DNA of 64,000 bases. It comes from Candidatus Krumholzibacteriia bacterium. GTDB taxonomy: Bacteria > Krumholzibacteriota > Krumholzibacteriia > JAJRXK01. A program made the translations under genes and the position numbers. Below, piece after piece: positions 55,501 through 64,000 of the stretch (the stretch's first letter is position 1; each line of letters opens with the position of its first letter). The stretch is from contig JAOZPE010000001.1 of the NCBI GenBank assembly GCA_029932915.1, positions 32,222 to 96,221 on the forward strand. Direction: 5' to 3'. Below the pieces are notes generated by a model. It saw only the letters and a program-made list of their open reading frames with translations. It had not been told where the DNA came from and made no database searches.

Positions 55501-57015
55501 ATGCGCAGAGCAGTTCTGACGTGTCTTTTCCTGCTGGCGATCCTTGTTCAGAGCGTCGCCGTCGCGAGCGCCCAGGACATCGCGAGACTGGAAAAGAGCA
55601 TCACCACTTTCACGTTGGACAACGGTCTACGTTTCATCGTGGTGGAACGCCACGAGGCACCGGTGTTCAGCTACGTCTCCATGTGCAAGGTGGGTTCGGT
55701 GAACGAAGTACCCGGAATCACCGGCCTGGCGCACATGTTCGAACACATGGCATTCAAGGGCTCGACGCAGATCGGGACCAAGGACTACTCCAAGGAGAAG
55801 AAGGCGCTCGATGCGGTGGACGAGGCCCAGGCCCGATGGTGGCAACTGAAACTCAGCGGCGCCGATGAGGCTGAGATCCAGGAGGCCATGGATGCGATGA
55901 AGGCGGCCGAGGATGCCGCCGATGAATTCGTCGTCACCAACGAGTTCGGCAACATCGTCGAAGAGGCGGGGGGTACCGGTCTGAACGCCTCGACCGAGAG
56001 CGATGTGACGACCTACTTCTACAAACTTCCCAGCAACAAGCTCGAGCTATGGGCCTATCTGGAATCGCAGCGTTTCATGCACCCGGTCTTCCGCGAGTTC
56101 TACAAGGAACGCGATGTGGTGGAGGAGGAGCGCCGCATGCGGGTCGACTCCTCGCCCTTCGGCCGTCTGCTGGAGGAGTTCGTGGCCACCGCCTACAAGG
56201 CCCATCCCTACGGGCAGCCGACCATCGGTCATATGAGTGATCTGGAGGCATTCACCCGTGGGGACGCCCGGGCGTTCCGTGACAAGTACTATGTGCCCGG
56301 GAACGTGGTGTTCTGTCTGGTCGGCGACGTCGATCCCGCCCAGGTGCAGAAACTGGCCAAGAAGTATTTCGGCTCGTGGAAGAAGGCCCCGGTTCCCGAA
56401 CCGGTGCGCACCGTCGAGCCCGAGCAGATCGCGATGAGGACGGTGGTGCTGGAGGATCCGGGACAACCGCTCCTGGTGATGGGTTATCACAAGCCCGCGG
56501 CCAGCGATCCCGATGACACCGCCTTCAAGGTTCTCACCGAAGTGCTGGCGAACGGGCGCAGCAGCCGCTTGTTCCGGCGTCTGGTCAAGGAGGACAAGTC
56601 GGCGGTCCAGTTGGGGGCCTTCGTCGGCTATCCCGGAGAGCTCTATCCCTCGCTCTTCCTGATCTACGCGGTTCCGTCCAAGGGCTTCACCGCGGAGCAA
56701 TGCGAGAACACCATCTTCGAGGAGATCGAGGCCATCCAGGACGGGCAGATCACCGCGGCCGAGCTGCAATCGGCCCAGACCCGGCTGAAGGCCAATTGGA
56801 TCCGCAGTATGCGTTCCAACACCGGTCTGGCCCGGCGGCTGTGCGGCGATGAGATCATCCTGGGTGACTGGAAGAAGGGTCTGGACTTCGCCCGGGAGGT
56901 CGATGCGGTCACCGTCGACGACCTCACCCGTCTGGCCCAGCACTACCTGATCAAGAAGAATCTCACGGTGGGCACCATCGTGACGGAGAAGAAGGAGGCC
57001 AAGGATGCGAGCTAG
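55501..57015 (+). CDS. M16 (pitrilysin) peptidase, catalytic subunit, exported
   Basis: HMFEHM (HxxEH), NAST, ER.VV.EERR, HPY. Signal peptide. Confidence 0.92.
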   Translation: MRRAVLTCLFLLAILVQSVAVASAQDIARLEKSITTFTLDNGLRFIVVERHEAPVFSYVSMCKVGSVNEVPGITGLAHMFEHMAFKGSTQIGTKDYSKEKKALDAVDEAQARWWQLKLSGADEAEIQEAMDAMKAAEDAADEFVVTNEFGNIVEEAGGTGLNASTESDVTTYFYKLPSNKLELWAYLESQRFMHPVFREFYKERDVVEEERRMRVDSSPFGRLLEEFVATAYKAHPYGQPTIGHMSDLEAFTRGDARAFRDKYYVPGNVVFCLVGDVDPAQVQKLAKKYFGSWKKAPVPEPVRTVEPEQIAMRTVVLEDPGQPLLVMGYHKPAASDPDDTAFKVLTEVLANGRSSRLFRRLVKEDKSAVQLGAFVGYPGELYPSLFLIYAVPSKGFTAEQCENTIFEEIEAIQDGQITAAELQSAQTRLKANWIRSMRSNTGLARRLCGDEIILGDWKKGLDFAREVDAVTVDDLTRLAQHYLIKKNLTVGTIVTEKKEAKDAS

Positions 57016-59170
57016 AAGAAACCGCGGCCTTGCGGCCGCGCTGGCCGTGGCCATCGTGATCTCCCTCTTCCTCACCCTGTTTGCGGACGACGCATCCGCG
57101 CGGAGCAAGCCCTGGGAGAAGCTGCACTACCCGCCGCTGGGCACGGTGCAGGTTCCCAGCTACGAACGGCATGAACTGGACAACGGCCTGGTCGTCTACC
57201 TCATGGAGGATCACGACTGGCCGCTCGTGGAAGGCCGCTTCCTGGTTCGGACCGGTGCGGTCTATGAACCGGCGGGAAAGGTCGGTCTGGCCTCCATCAC
57301 CGGCGATGTGCTGCGGACCGGTGGAACCGAGAAGCTCAGCAGTGACGAACTCGATGAGACCCTCGAGGGCATGGGTGCCTACGTCGAGAGCCAGATCGAG
57401 GACACCGACGGCACCGTCGTGTTCTCCTTCCTCAGCCAGGATCTCGATCGGGGCCTCGAACTCGTCGCCGACATCCTGCGGCACCCGGCGTTCGAGCAGG
57501 ACAAGATCGACGTGGCCAAGACGGCCGAACGGGCGATGATCGCCCGCCGCAACGACGAACTCATGAGCATCCTGCAGCGGGAGATCCCCAAGGCGGTGTG
57601 GGGCGAGGACCACCCCTACGCGCGCTATCCCGAGTACGACACCATCGATGCCATCAGCCGGGACGACGTGGTGGAGTTCTACGGCTACTTCTATCACCCG
57701 GAGAACATGACCCTGGCCGTCTGGGGAGACTTCGACAGCCAGGCGTTGCTGGCTGCCCTGGAGAAGCGTTTCGCGGACTGGCCCAAGGTCTCCAATCCGA
57801 TTCCCCCGTTGCCCAAGGCGCCCGAACCGAAACCGCGGCGGGTCCTGGTGGCGGACAAGGAGGACGTCACCCAGACCTGGTTCGCCGCGGGTCATCTGGG
57901 CATGCGGATGGACGATCCCGACTACTACTCGATGATCGTCATGAACCGCATCCTGGGAGGATCGTTCGGTTCGCGTCTGTTCAACGAGGTGCGCAGCAAG
58001 CTGGGGCTGGCCTACAGCGTGGGGAGTTCGGCCGGAACCGGCATGGCCCACGAGGGCGCGTTCATGGCCTATTGCGGCACGAAGAACGACACGGTGAGCG
58101 AGGCGCTGAGGGCCGTGCTCAGTGAGATCGACAGGATGCGCGACCAGGAGGTGAGCGACGCGGAGCTGAAGCGGGCCAAGGAGGCCATGCTCAACTCCTA
58201 CGTGTTCAACTTCGAACGGAAGAGCCAGACCCTGAGGCGTCTGCAGCGCTACGATTTCTTCGGCTATCCCAGCGACTTCCTCGAGCAGTATCCGGACAAG
58301 ATCCGCAGCGTGGACAAGGCCGCGGTGGAGGACGTGGCGCAGCGCCGTATCCACCCCGAAGAGTTCGCGATCGTGGCGGTGGGGAAGAAGAGCGAGTGGG
58401 ACAGCGATCTCAGCGAGTTCGGGCCGGTCGAGGAGCTGGACATCAGCATTCCCGAGCCCAGCGCTCCGGATTTCCCCGCTCCCACGCCCGAGACCATCGA
58501 GCAGGGTCAGGCCATCATGGCCGCGGCCCAGACGGCGATGGGTGGGGAGAAGCTGGCGCAGATCAAGACCGTCCATCGCAAGGACGATGTCACCTTGTTC
58601 GTACAGGGCATGGAATTGAAGATGTCCATCGAATCGTGGACGGCCTATCCCGAACGCAGCCGTGCCGATATCACCCTGCCGATGAATCAGGGGGTGTTGA
58701 AGCGCGGGGTCTCGCCCAAGGGAGCGTGGGTCGATCAGCCCGGCAAGGGAGTGATGGATCTGGGCGAGGATGAAGCGGAGAAGTCCCGGCGGAATATCCT
58801 CGAGGACAGCCACTACCTCGTCGGCCACTTCGGCGATTTCCAGGTGCAGGCCCTTCCGCCGGAGACGGTCGGAGAGGTCCAGGCCGATGTGGTGCTCGTG
58901 CGTCTCGATGGCGACAGATGGATGAAGTTCTACTTCGATCCGCAGTCGCACCTGCTGCTGAAGGACGCATCGATGCAGCCGAACATGATCACCGACATGG
59001 TGGCCTTGCAGGAGTCCAGCTATTCGGACTGGCACGAGGTCGACGGCGTGCTCTATCCGTCGAAGGTCCATATCGTCCATGGCGGAGAGCCATTGATGGA
59101 CGTGCAGAACACGCTCCTGGAGCTCGATCTTCCCCTGGACGATTCCCTCTTCGAGCCGCCGCAATCCTGA
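57005..59170 (+). CDS. M16 peptidase, non-catalytic subunit, with an extra ~230-aa C-terminal beta-rich domain
   Basis: No HxxEH. SRLFNEVR..LGLAY (R/Y pair). C-terminal extension AMGG...YSDW.EVDGV.YP. Confidence 0.85.
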   Translation: MRARRNRGLAAALAVAIVISLFLTLFADDASARSKPWEKLHYPPLGTVQVPSYERHELDNGLVVYLMEDHDWPLVEGRFLVRTGAVYEPAGKVGLASITGDVLRTGGTEKLSSDELDETLEGMGAYVESQIEDTDGTVVFSFLSQDLDRGLELVADILRHPAFEQDKIDVAKTAERAMIARRNDELMSILQREIPKAVWGEDHPYARYPEYDTIDAISRDDVVEFYGYFYHPENMTLAVWGDFDSQALLAALEKRFADWPKVSNPIPPLPKAPEPKPRRVLVADKEDVTQTWFAAGHLGMRMDDPDYYSMIVMNRILGGSFGSRLFNEVRSKLGLAYSVGSSAGTGMAHEGAFMAYCGTKNDTVSEALRAVLSEIDRMRDQEVSDAELKRAKEAMLNSYVFNFERKSQTLRRLQRYDFFGYPSDFLEQYPDKIRSVDKAAVEDVAQRRIHPEEFAIVAVGKKSEWDSDLSEFGPVEELDISIPEPSAPDFPAPTPETIEQGQAIMAAAQTAMGGEKLAQIKTVHRKDDVTLFVQGMELKMSIESWTAYPERSRADITLPMNQGVLKRGVSPKGAWVDQPGKGVMDLGEDEAEKSRRNILEDSHYLVGHFGDFQVQALPPETVGEVQADVVLVRLDGDRWMKFYFDPQSHLLLKDASMQPNMITDMVALQESSYSDWHEVDGVLYPSKVHIVHGGEPLMDVQNTLLELDLPLDDSLFEPPQS

Positions 59171-59304
59171 CGCCCCATACGGACTTCCCTGCGCCGCCAC
59201 GGCGGTGCAGGGAAGGCGAGAAAGGGCGAAGAGGGGAAGGTGAAGCGGCGAAAGGGAAGAGTGGATGCGGTGAAGGTCGCCGGGGGAAGGGACGACAGCA
59301 TGGG

Positions 59305-59428
59305 ACAGAAGGAAAGGCCCGGGACCTGTGTCCCGGGCCTTTCAATTCGTGCGAGCCGCCTCGAAGGCTGTCCCGGATTTGAAACGTGGTTAGCCGAACC
59401 GAGTGGCCAATGGGAGGCAGCCCGCATC
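59305..59428 (-). ncRNA. Candidate ~120-nt small RNA of unknown family
   Basis: Promoter TGGTCA-N17-TATGCT (59461-59433). A 13-bp closing stem (59426-59414 with 59362-59350) pairs fully only on the minus strand, using two G-U pairs. Ends at the terminator. Confidence 0.55.
59312..59343. terminator. Bidirectional Rho-independent terminator
   Basis: Perfect 14-bp inverted repeat GAAAGGCCCGGGAC-ctgt-GTCCCGGGCCTTTC with T-rich tails on both strands. Confidence 0.85.
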
Positions 59429-59479
59429 ACTGAGCATAGTCGACGCGCTGGGCCGTGACCAGAAGAAATCGCAGCGAAA

Positions 59480-59520
59480 GAGCCCGGCCGGGGCGAGAGT
59501 TCTCGCCCCGGCCCTGGGCT
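59480..59520. repeat. Long GC-rich palindrome GGCCGGGGCGAGA-gt-TCTCGCCCCGGCC
   Basis: 13-bp perfect arms, extendable by AGCCC/GGGCT. Confidence 0.7.
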
Positions 59521-59706
59521 TCCTTCTTCTGCGGCCGCTTCACTGGCAGATTGGCGAGCATAGCATATTACAAGAGAACGATTTAGGTTGTCTGTCGAAA
59601 TGGCAGCGCTCTGTCAGGTACGCGGGCCGGCCGGGCCACCAGTCCAGTCGGGCAACTTCCTCTGCGGCCGTCCGTAGAAGGAGTAGACTCTGCGGGAGGA
59701 TGGACC

Positions 59707-59982
59707 ATGTGGGATCTCTTTGCTGTTCTCATCGGCCTGGCCGCCGTGGGCGTGGTGGCCATGATTGCGCTCTTCGTTCTCAAGCTTCTGGTGGGCTTGA
59801 TTCTCTTGCCGCTCAAATTGGGACTCATCCTGGTGAAACTCATCGTCGGGGTGGTCCTGGGTGCCCTGGCGTTGCTGCTGCTTCCCCCCTCGCTGCTTCT
59901 CTTGTTCCCGCTGCTCCTGCTCAGCCTGATCGCCCTTCCCTTCCTCGTGCTTCGCCTCCTGCTCGCGCCCTTCTGGCTCTGA
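59707..59982 (+). CDS. Small Leu-rich membrane protein
   Basis: GGAGGA RBS, 91 aa, almost entirely hydrophobic with periodic Pro/Lys. Confidence 0.7.
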   Translation: MWDLFAVLIGLAAVGVVAMIALFVLKLLVGLILLPLKLGLILVKLIVGVVLGALALLLLPPSLLLLFPLLLLSLIALPFLVLRLLLAPFWL

Positions 59983-60028
59983 CCGGGCTGGCCCAGCCAG
60001 GACGAGAGGGGAATCCCTGCGGCCTTGT

Positions 60029-60817
60029 TCAAAGGGCGAAGGGTTTGGGGCCGTCCGCGGCCGGCTCGACTCCCAGGTGGTGGGCGATACTCGGAGCGAT
60101 GCGGTAGTCGTGCAACTCGGCTGGCCAATCCGGAGACCCCTCACCGAACAGGATGAGCATCGCCTGCTCGGGGGGGGCGACCTCGGGGTGCCCCATCGAG
60201 GCCTGCTCGTCCTGGAAACTGTGACCCTTGCCGGCCAGAGCCAGAAGGGTCCCCGGGCGGGCTGGAGGCTGCAGGGCCGACGGACCGCCGGCCTCGATCC
60301 ATGCCTGCAGGAGTTCGCCGTGGAGGACGCGTTCGACGCCGCGCAGCCGCAGCAGACGCTCCCGCAGAGCGCCGACGGCCTCGGGGGGTGCCTCGATGCG
60401 CAGGACCGCACTGTGGATCTCGTGGGGATGGGCCAGGGGAGGGAGGTCGATCTTCCGGCCGGCCGGCTGCAGGCCCGGTCCCCCCACCACCAGGTGGGTC
60501 TGCCCAGGGGAGGCCGCGTCGATCTCGCGACACAGGCTTTCGTCGAAGCGACGGGCCGCCTCCAGCCGCTCCGGAGAGTCCAGGCCCCATCTCTGCGCAG
60601 CCTGCGCGATTCCTCCTTCCTTTTGCAGGCGGAGACGTCCGGGAGGGATCGATTCCAGGCCTCTGAGGACGACTCTCTCCAGGGTCTCGCTCAGGCAGGG
60701 GAAGGAGCAGACCAGCCCCGCGCTTCGGCGGGCCCGCTGCTGCAGGCCGGGCATGGCGCCTCCCTCCAGCAGCCTGCGTGAGAGACCCGCCACCAGATGC
60801 AGGACCAGGTCGGTCAT
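60029..60817 (-). CDS. Hypothetical protein, possibly a degenerate alkaline-phosphatase/nucleotide-pyrophosphatase fold
   Basis: GGAGG RBS and ATGA overlap with the upstream gene. C-terminal MGH....IAPSI resembles the AlkP-superfamily end, but the metal ligands are not evident. Confidence 0.5.
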   Translation of the reverse strand: MTDLVLHLVAGLSRRLLEGGAMPGLQQRARRSAGLVCSFPCLSETLERVVLRGLESIPPGRLRLQKEGGIAQAAQRWGLDSPERLEAARRFDESLCREIDAASPGQTHLVVGGPGLQPAGRKIDLPPLAHPHEIHSAVLRIEAPPEAVGALRERLLRLRGVERVLHGELLQAWIEAGGPSALQPPARPGTLLALAGKGHSFQDEQASMGHPEVAPPEQAMLILFGEGSPDWPAELHDYRIAPSIAHHLGVEPAADGPKPFAL

Positions 60818-63090
60818 CGTGATCCCTCCTCCCGGTCCGGTTGACCTTCCCTCTTTCCTCTGGTGGAAGGGGAGGGGAGGTCCCCGGCCGAGCTGTCCGG
60901 AGAGTTCGCGCCGGCCATCGCAGGGGGCCACCAGCGGTAGTGCCAGGGTTCGGGATGGTACAAGCCGCGGTCCTCGGGATCGGGGGGATAGCTCAGGCGA
61001 AAGCCCCATCGCTGTGCGTGCGCGGCCAGCCAGCGGCCCTCCTCGGTGGCGGCGAAGCCGGGTTCGAGCACCTGGCGCAGCTCGGCGTCGGCGAAGTCGA
61101 CGGTGGTTCCCAGTTGGTGTTCGCTGGCGCCCGGCGGCGCCACCCATCGTTGATGCTCACCGTGGCGGGCCTGTGCACTCCGGTAGAGGACCTGCTGCCG
61201 TTGCCACGAACGGAAGGCGCTGACCACCCGCAGCTCGATGCCCTCCCGGCGGGCTGCCGCACACATGTCCATCAGCGCCTGCTGTGCCGGCGCGCGCAGG
61301 AGCAGACCCTTGCGTGAGGCCGGAGGCACGGGGATCTCCACCAGGTCGGAGGGAAGGTAGCCGGCCGCGAGTCGGTGCCGGGGATCGACGAGAGCCAAGG
61401 ACGGGTCCGGCGCTTCGGCGGCCACGCCCAGACTGTCCAGCGAGGATGGGTCCGGGGCGTCGGTGGCCACGTCCAGGCTCTCCGCTTCGGCACGGCGGGT
61501 CGTCGGAGGTGTGGCCCGCTCGGGAGGGGACTCTGGAGCCCTCGGCTCCTCGGGCGTCGCCGGGCTCTGCACCTCGTCCAGCGGAGGCAGGCGCAGGAGG
61601 ACGGGTCCCTCCGGGTGTTCCTCGATCACCGTGCAGCGGGCGAGCAGGCGGTCCCAGTCCGCGCCATCCACCCACTTGCTGTGACGTCCCTGTCCCAGGG
61701 CCAGGATGGTGGCGCGCCGAAGGGGGGCCATGCGGCGCAGTCGCTCGAGGATCTGCGGACTTCGGGGGAGGAACACCACCTCGCGCCGACTCTCCCACGC
61801 CAGATGGGCGCTTTCGGTGAAGACCGCGGCCAGGGGGTCGCCGGCGCGGCGCAGTTTCTGGACCACCGGTGCCGGCGCCTTCCGGTAGGCCGGAGGCCAG
61901 GCGTCGAGGTCGTGCAGAGGGGAAGAGGCCAGGCCGGGAGGGAGGAACCATCCGGCCGCCACTGCCGCCGCGGCAAGGGCCGCGAGCGCAGCAGGGGAAC
62001 TGAGCCGGCCGCCGAGCCGGGCCAGGCCGGCTCCCGCCCAGAGGCAGACCACCGGCAGAAGGGGAAAGAGGGGGCGAAACTCGGCGCTGAAGGGAGCCAG
62101 CACGATCGCCACCGCGGCGATCACCAGGGCGTCGCGCAGGGCCAGTCGCCATTCTCCCGCCGCGCCGTACACGGCCAACGCCGCCACCGGCCAGGCGATC
62201 CAGGTGTTCAGGTGCAGCAGGTGCATCTTCACGCGGTGCAGTCCCAGGGCGACGACCTCGCCGCTCCGGCTCGCCATCACCTGCCAGGTGGGCTGTGGGG
62301 TCAGTCCGCGGTAGGGCCCCAGGCCGCCGGGATCGTCGAGATTGCGGGCGAGTTCGGCGTAGGACTGCAACAGTCCCAGAGGATGCCCACTCAACAGCCA
62401 CAGGCGCAGGTGCCAGGGCACGACGGCCGCGGCCGCACCCAGGACCAGCCAGCCCAGATGGCGGCGATCGTAGCGATCCCCGCGGGCGGCAAGGGCGGCG
62501 GCGGCCAGCAGCCACCCGGTCGGATGCAGCAGGGGAAGCAGTCCGTAGAGCGTTCCACAGGCCAGATGGGCCAGTGCTCCGCCGCCGCGCGGCCTCCAGC
62601 TCCAGACGATCAGGGTCAACAGGGCCAGGGCGATCTCCGGCCCGCCGCCGAGCAGAACCCTCCAGGTGGTGAAGGAAGCAGCCAGAGCGAGGGCGGCCAG
62701 CCCTCCCGCTCCTCCGCCGAAGGCCTGATCGCCCACCGTCCGCATCCAGTAGAGGAGGGCGGCCAGGAGCGCGGCGGCCAGCCAGACCCCGGCCCTTGAA
62801 CCCGCCCCCGCGGCCACCACCGGGCTCAACGCGAGGGGCCACAGGGGGGGACGCGTCAGGTTGTCGGGAGGGAAGCTTCCCGCTCCGGGGAACACCATGC
62901 GCAGCGGGTAGACGATCAAGGGCCGCAGGCCTTCACCCTGGGTGGCATGCCAGGCCCGTCCCACGTAGTCGTAGCGGTCCAGATTCGGGGGAGGGTCGAC
63001 GCTCACAGCCCAGCTCGCCGCCAGGGCGGCGGCGGCACCGGCCAGCACGAAGAGAACGAGCGAGAGACGCCGTGCCCGCTCAGGCCCCAT
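60814..63090 (-). CDS. Fusion of an ArnT/PMT-like (GT-C) multi-TM glycosyltransferase and an M15B (VanY) D,D-carboxypeptidase
   Basis: N-terminal D...Y...A, RPPLWP and about ten TM helices; Pro/Ala linker; C-terminal SAFRS...Q, APPGASEHQLG...D, WL..HA..WGF, EPWHYRW. Confidence 0.8.
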   Translation of the reverse strand: MGPERARRLSLVLFVLAGAAAALAASWAVSVDPPPNLDRYDYVGRAWHATQGEGLRPLIVYPLRMVFPGAGSFPPDNLTRPPLWPLALSPVVAAGAGSRAGVWLAAALLAALLYWMRTVGDQAFGGGAGGLAALALAASFTTWRVLLGGGPEIALALLTLIVWSWRPRGGGALAHLACGTLYGLLPLLHPTGWLLAAAALAARGDRYDRRHLGWLVLGAAAAVVPWHLRLWLLSGHPLGLLQSYAELARNLDDPGGLGPYRGLTPQPTWQVMASRSGEVVALGLHRVKMHLLHLNTWIAWPVAALAVYGAAGEWRLALRDALVIAAVAIVLAPFSAEFRPLFPLLPVVCLWAGAGLARLGGRLSSPAALAALAAAAVAAGWFLPPGLASSPLHDLDAWPPAYRKAPAPVVQKLRRAGDPLAAVFTESAHLAWESRREVVFLPRSPQILERLRRMAPLRRATILALGQGRHSKWVDGADWDRLLARCTVIEEHPEGPVLLRLPPLDEVQSPATPEEPRAPESPPERATPPTTRRAEAESLDVATDAPDPSSLDSLGVAAEAPDPSLALVDPRHRLAAGYLPSDLVEIPVPPASRKGLLLRAPAQQALMDMCAAARREGIELRVVSAFRSWQRQQVLYRSAQARHGEHQRWVAPPGASEHQLGTTVDFADAELRQVLEPGFAATEEGRWLAAHAQRWGFRLSYPPDPEDRGLYHPEPWHYRWWPPAMAGANSPDSSAGDLPSPSTRGKREGQPDREEGSR

Positions 63091-63688
63091 GGCGGGAACC
63101 CGGGGAATCCAGCGGGATGCCCTGGGCGCACAGGGGACACTGCGAGGGATCCCAGGTCTGGACCTCTTCGGTCACGAGAGCGTGGACCGGCACGGGCAGA
63201 TCGACGCCTGCCTCCCGTCGGTCGACGATGACCGCGATGCCATGCACCGTGGCCTCGGACGCCTCCACGAGGGCCTGCATCTCACGGAAGGAGGTCCCTC
63301 GGGTGAGCACGTCGTCCACCAGCAACACCGACTCGCTCTTGCGCACGGAGAAGCCCCGCCGCAGTTGGAGATGGCCGTCCTTGCGCTCGCAGAAGAGGTG
63401 GCGCCGCCCCAGGGCCCGCGCCACCTCATGGCCGATGAGGATGCCGCCGACCGCCGGTGAGAGCACCAGGTCGTATTCGAGTTCGTTGCAGCGCTCCGCC
63501 AGCAGTCGTCCCAGTTCACGGGCCAGCTCGGGGTACTGCAGGACCTGGGCGCACTGGAAATAGCGGTTGCTGTGCAGGCCGCTGCTCAGTTGGAAGTGGC
63601 CCGTGAGAAGGGCACCGAGCTCGGTGAGCCGGTCGGCCACATCTTCCGGTCGAAGGTGTTCATCGGGGGGGAGCCCACGAGAAGCCAT
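63080..63688 (-). CDS. pyrE: Orotate phosphoribosyltransferase
   Basis: GHFQLSSGLHS.RYFQ, LRRGF, VDDVLTRGTS; adjacent to pyrF. Confidence 0.93.
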   Translation of the reverse strand: MASRGLPPDEHLRPEDVADRLTELGALLTGHFQLSSGLHSNRYFQCAQVLQYPELARELGRLLAERCNELEYDLVLSPAVGGILIGHEVARALGRRHLFCERKDGHLQLRRGFSVRKSESVLLVDDVLTRGTSFREMQALVEASEATVHGIAVIVDRREAGVDLPVPVHALVTEEVQTWDPSQCPLCAQGIPLDSPGSRHGA

Positions 63689-63805
63689 GCTATTCTCCTG
63701 ATGAGCGGATCGCCGGTCGTGTAACGGGTTTTCACCCTACACCGGCCCGACCCTTCCGTCCACCGTCCCCCGCGCGGTCTCGTTCGGCGCAGGGCGTCCG
63801 GACGG

Positions 63806-64000
63806 TCAAGCGTGCGCCATCTCCTCGAGGATCGCCCGCAGGGCGGCCACCGGAGCGGCGGCCCGGGTGAGCGGCCGGCCGATCACCAGCAGGTCGGCGC
63901 CCGCTTGCAGGGCCGAGGCCGGGGTGGCCACCCGTCTCTGGTCCTGCGAATCGCTGCCGCCGGGCCGGATGCCCGGGGTGACCAGGAGCGGATCGCCGCC
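63806..64000 (-). CDS. pyrF: Orotidine-5'-phosphate decarboxylase, 3' part (truncated by the window edge)
   Basis: Own translation: [36 protein letters not shown]...MAHA*. Not in the ORF track. Confidence 0.92.
   Translation of the reverse strand, partial: GGDPLLVTPGIRPGGSDSQDQRRVATPASALQAGADLLVIGRPLTRAAAPVAALRAILEEMAHA

Noticed and set aside
59205-59295. Purine-rich degenerate short repeats (GCGAAAGGG-like)
   Set aside because: Low-complexity 3'-UTR sequence with no regular repeat-spacer structure; not a CRISPR array.
59350-59430. tRNA-Sec, SRP RNA or 6S RNA identity for the structured element
   Set aside because: It contains UUCAAA but no cloverleaf or CCA end, lacks the SRP CAGG..GGAA..AGCAG motif, and is too short for 6S. 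Kept as an unknown sRNA.
60814-61400. Vancomycin-resistance cluster
   Set aside because: Only a VanY-like domain is present; there are no vanHAX or vanRS genes, and M15B enzymes are widespread.
1-64000. Prophage, IS, integron, CRISPR array, rRNA or tRNA
   Set aside because: No integrase, transposase or phage motifs, terminal repeats, spacer arrays or cloverleafs were recognised by eye. tRNAscan/Infernal were not run.

Overview
High-GC (roughly 65-70% by eye), gene-dense chromosome segment from a diderm bacterium. The FlgD/T9SS-like C-terminal domain, PorV/FadL-like barrels and a C-terminal 'SWGxVKALF' tail suggest an FCB-group lineage such as Krumholzibacteriota, Latescibacterota or Eisenbacteria; this is inference only. 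About 53 CDSs are supported, mostly housekeeping and envelope genes: dsbD, rlmB, mrp, two PTS-IIA, rsgA, trkAH, split nadE, rsmI, tmk, an S41 protease, an ABC exporter, mpg, an M16 pair, pyrE and pyrF. I saw no rRNA, tRNA, CRISPR array, transposase or integrase. The strongest candidate for an undescribed system is a tightly packed six-gene operon at 15828-26697 that reads as an extracellular nucleic-acid capture and digestion machine. It encodes a secreted Ig/OB-fold repeat protein, a PorV-like barrel, a ComEA-HhH/beta-barrel fusion, a FadL-like barrel, a ComEC-type metallo-beta-lactamase lipoprotein and a 5'-nucleotidase. Other leads: a candidate sRNA with its own promoter and terminator (~59305-59430, minus strand), a GT-C/VanY fusion, a putative WGxxK sorting signal, sigma54 promoters with IHF sites, and a stand-alone Clp D2 ATPase. 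All family calls come from recognising motifs by eye, not from database searches.
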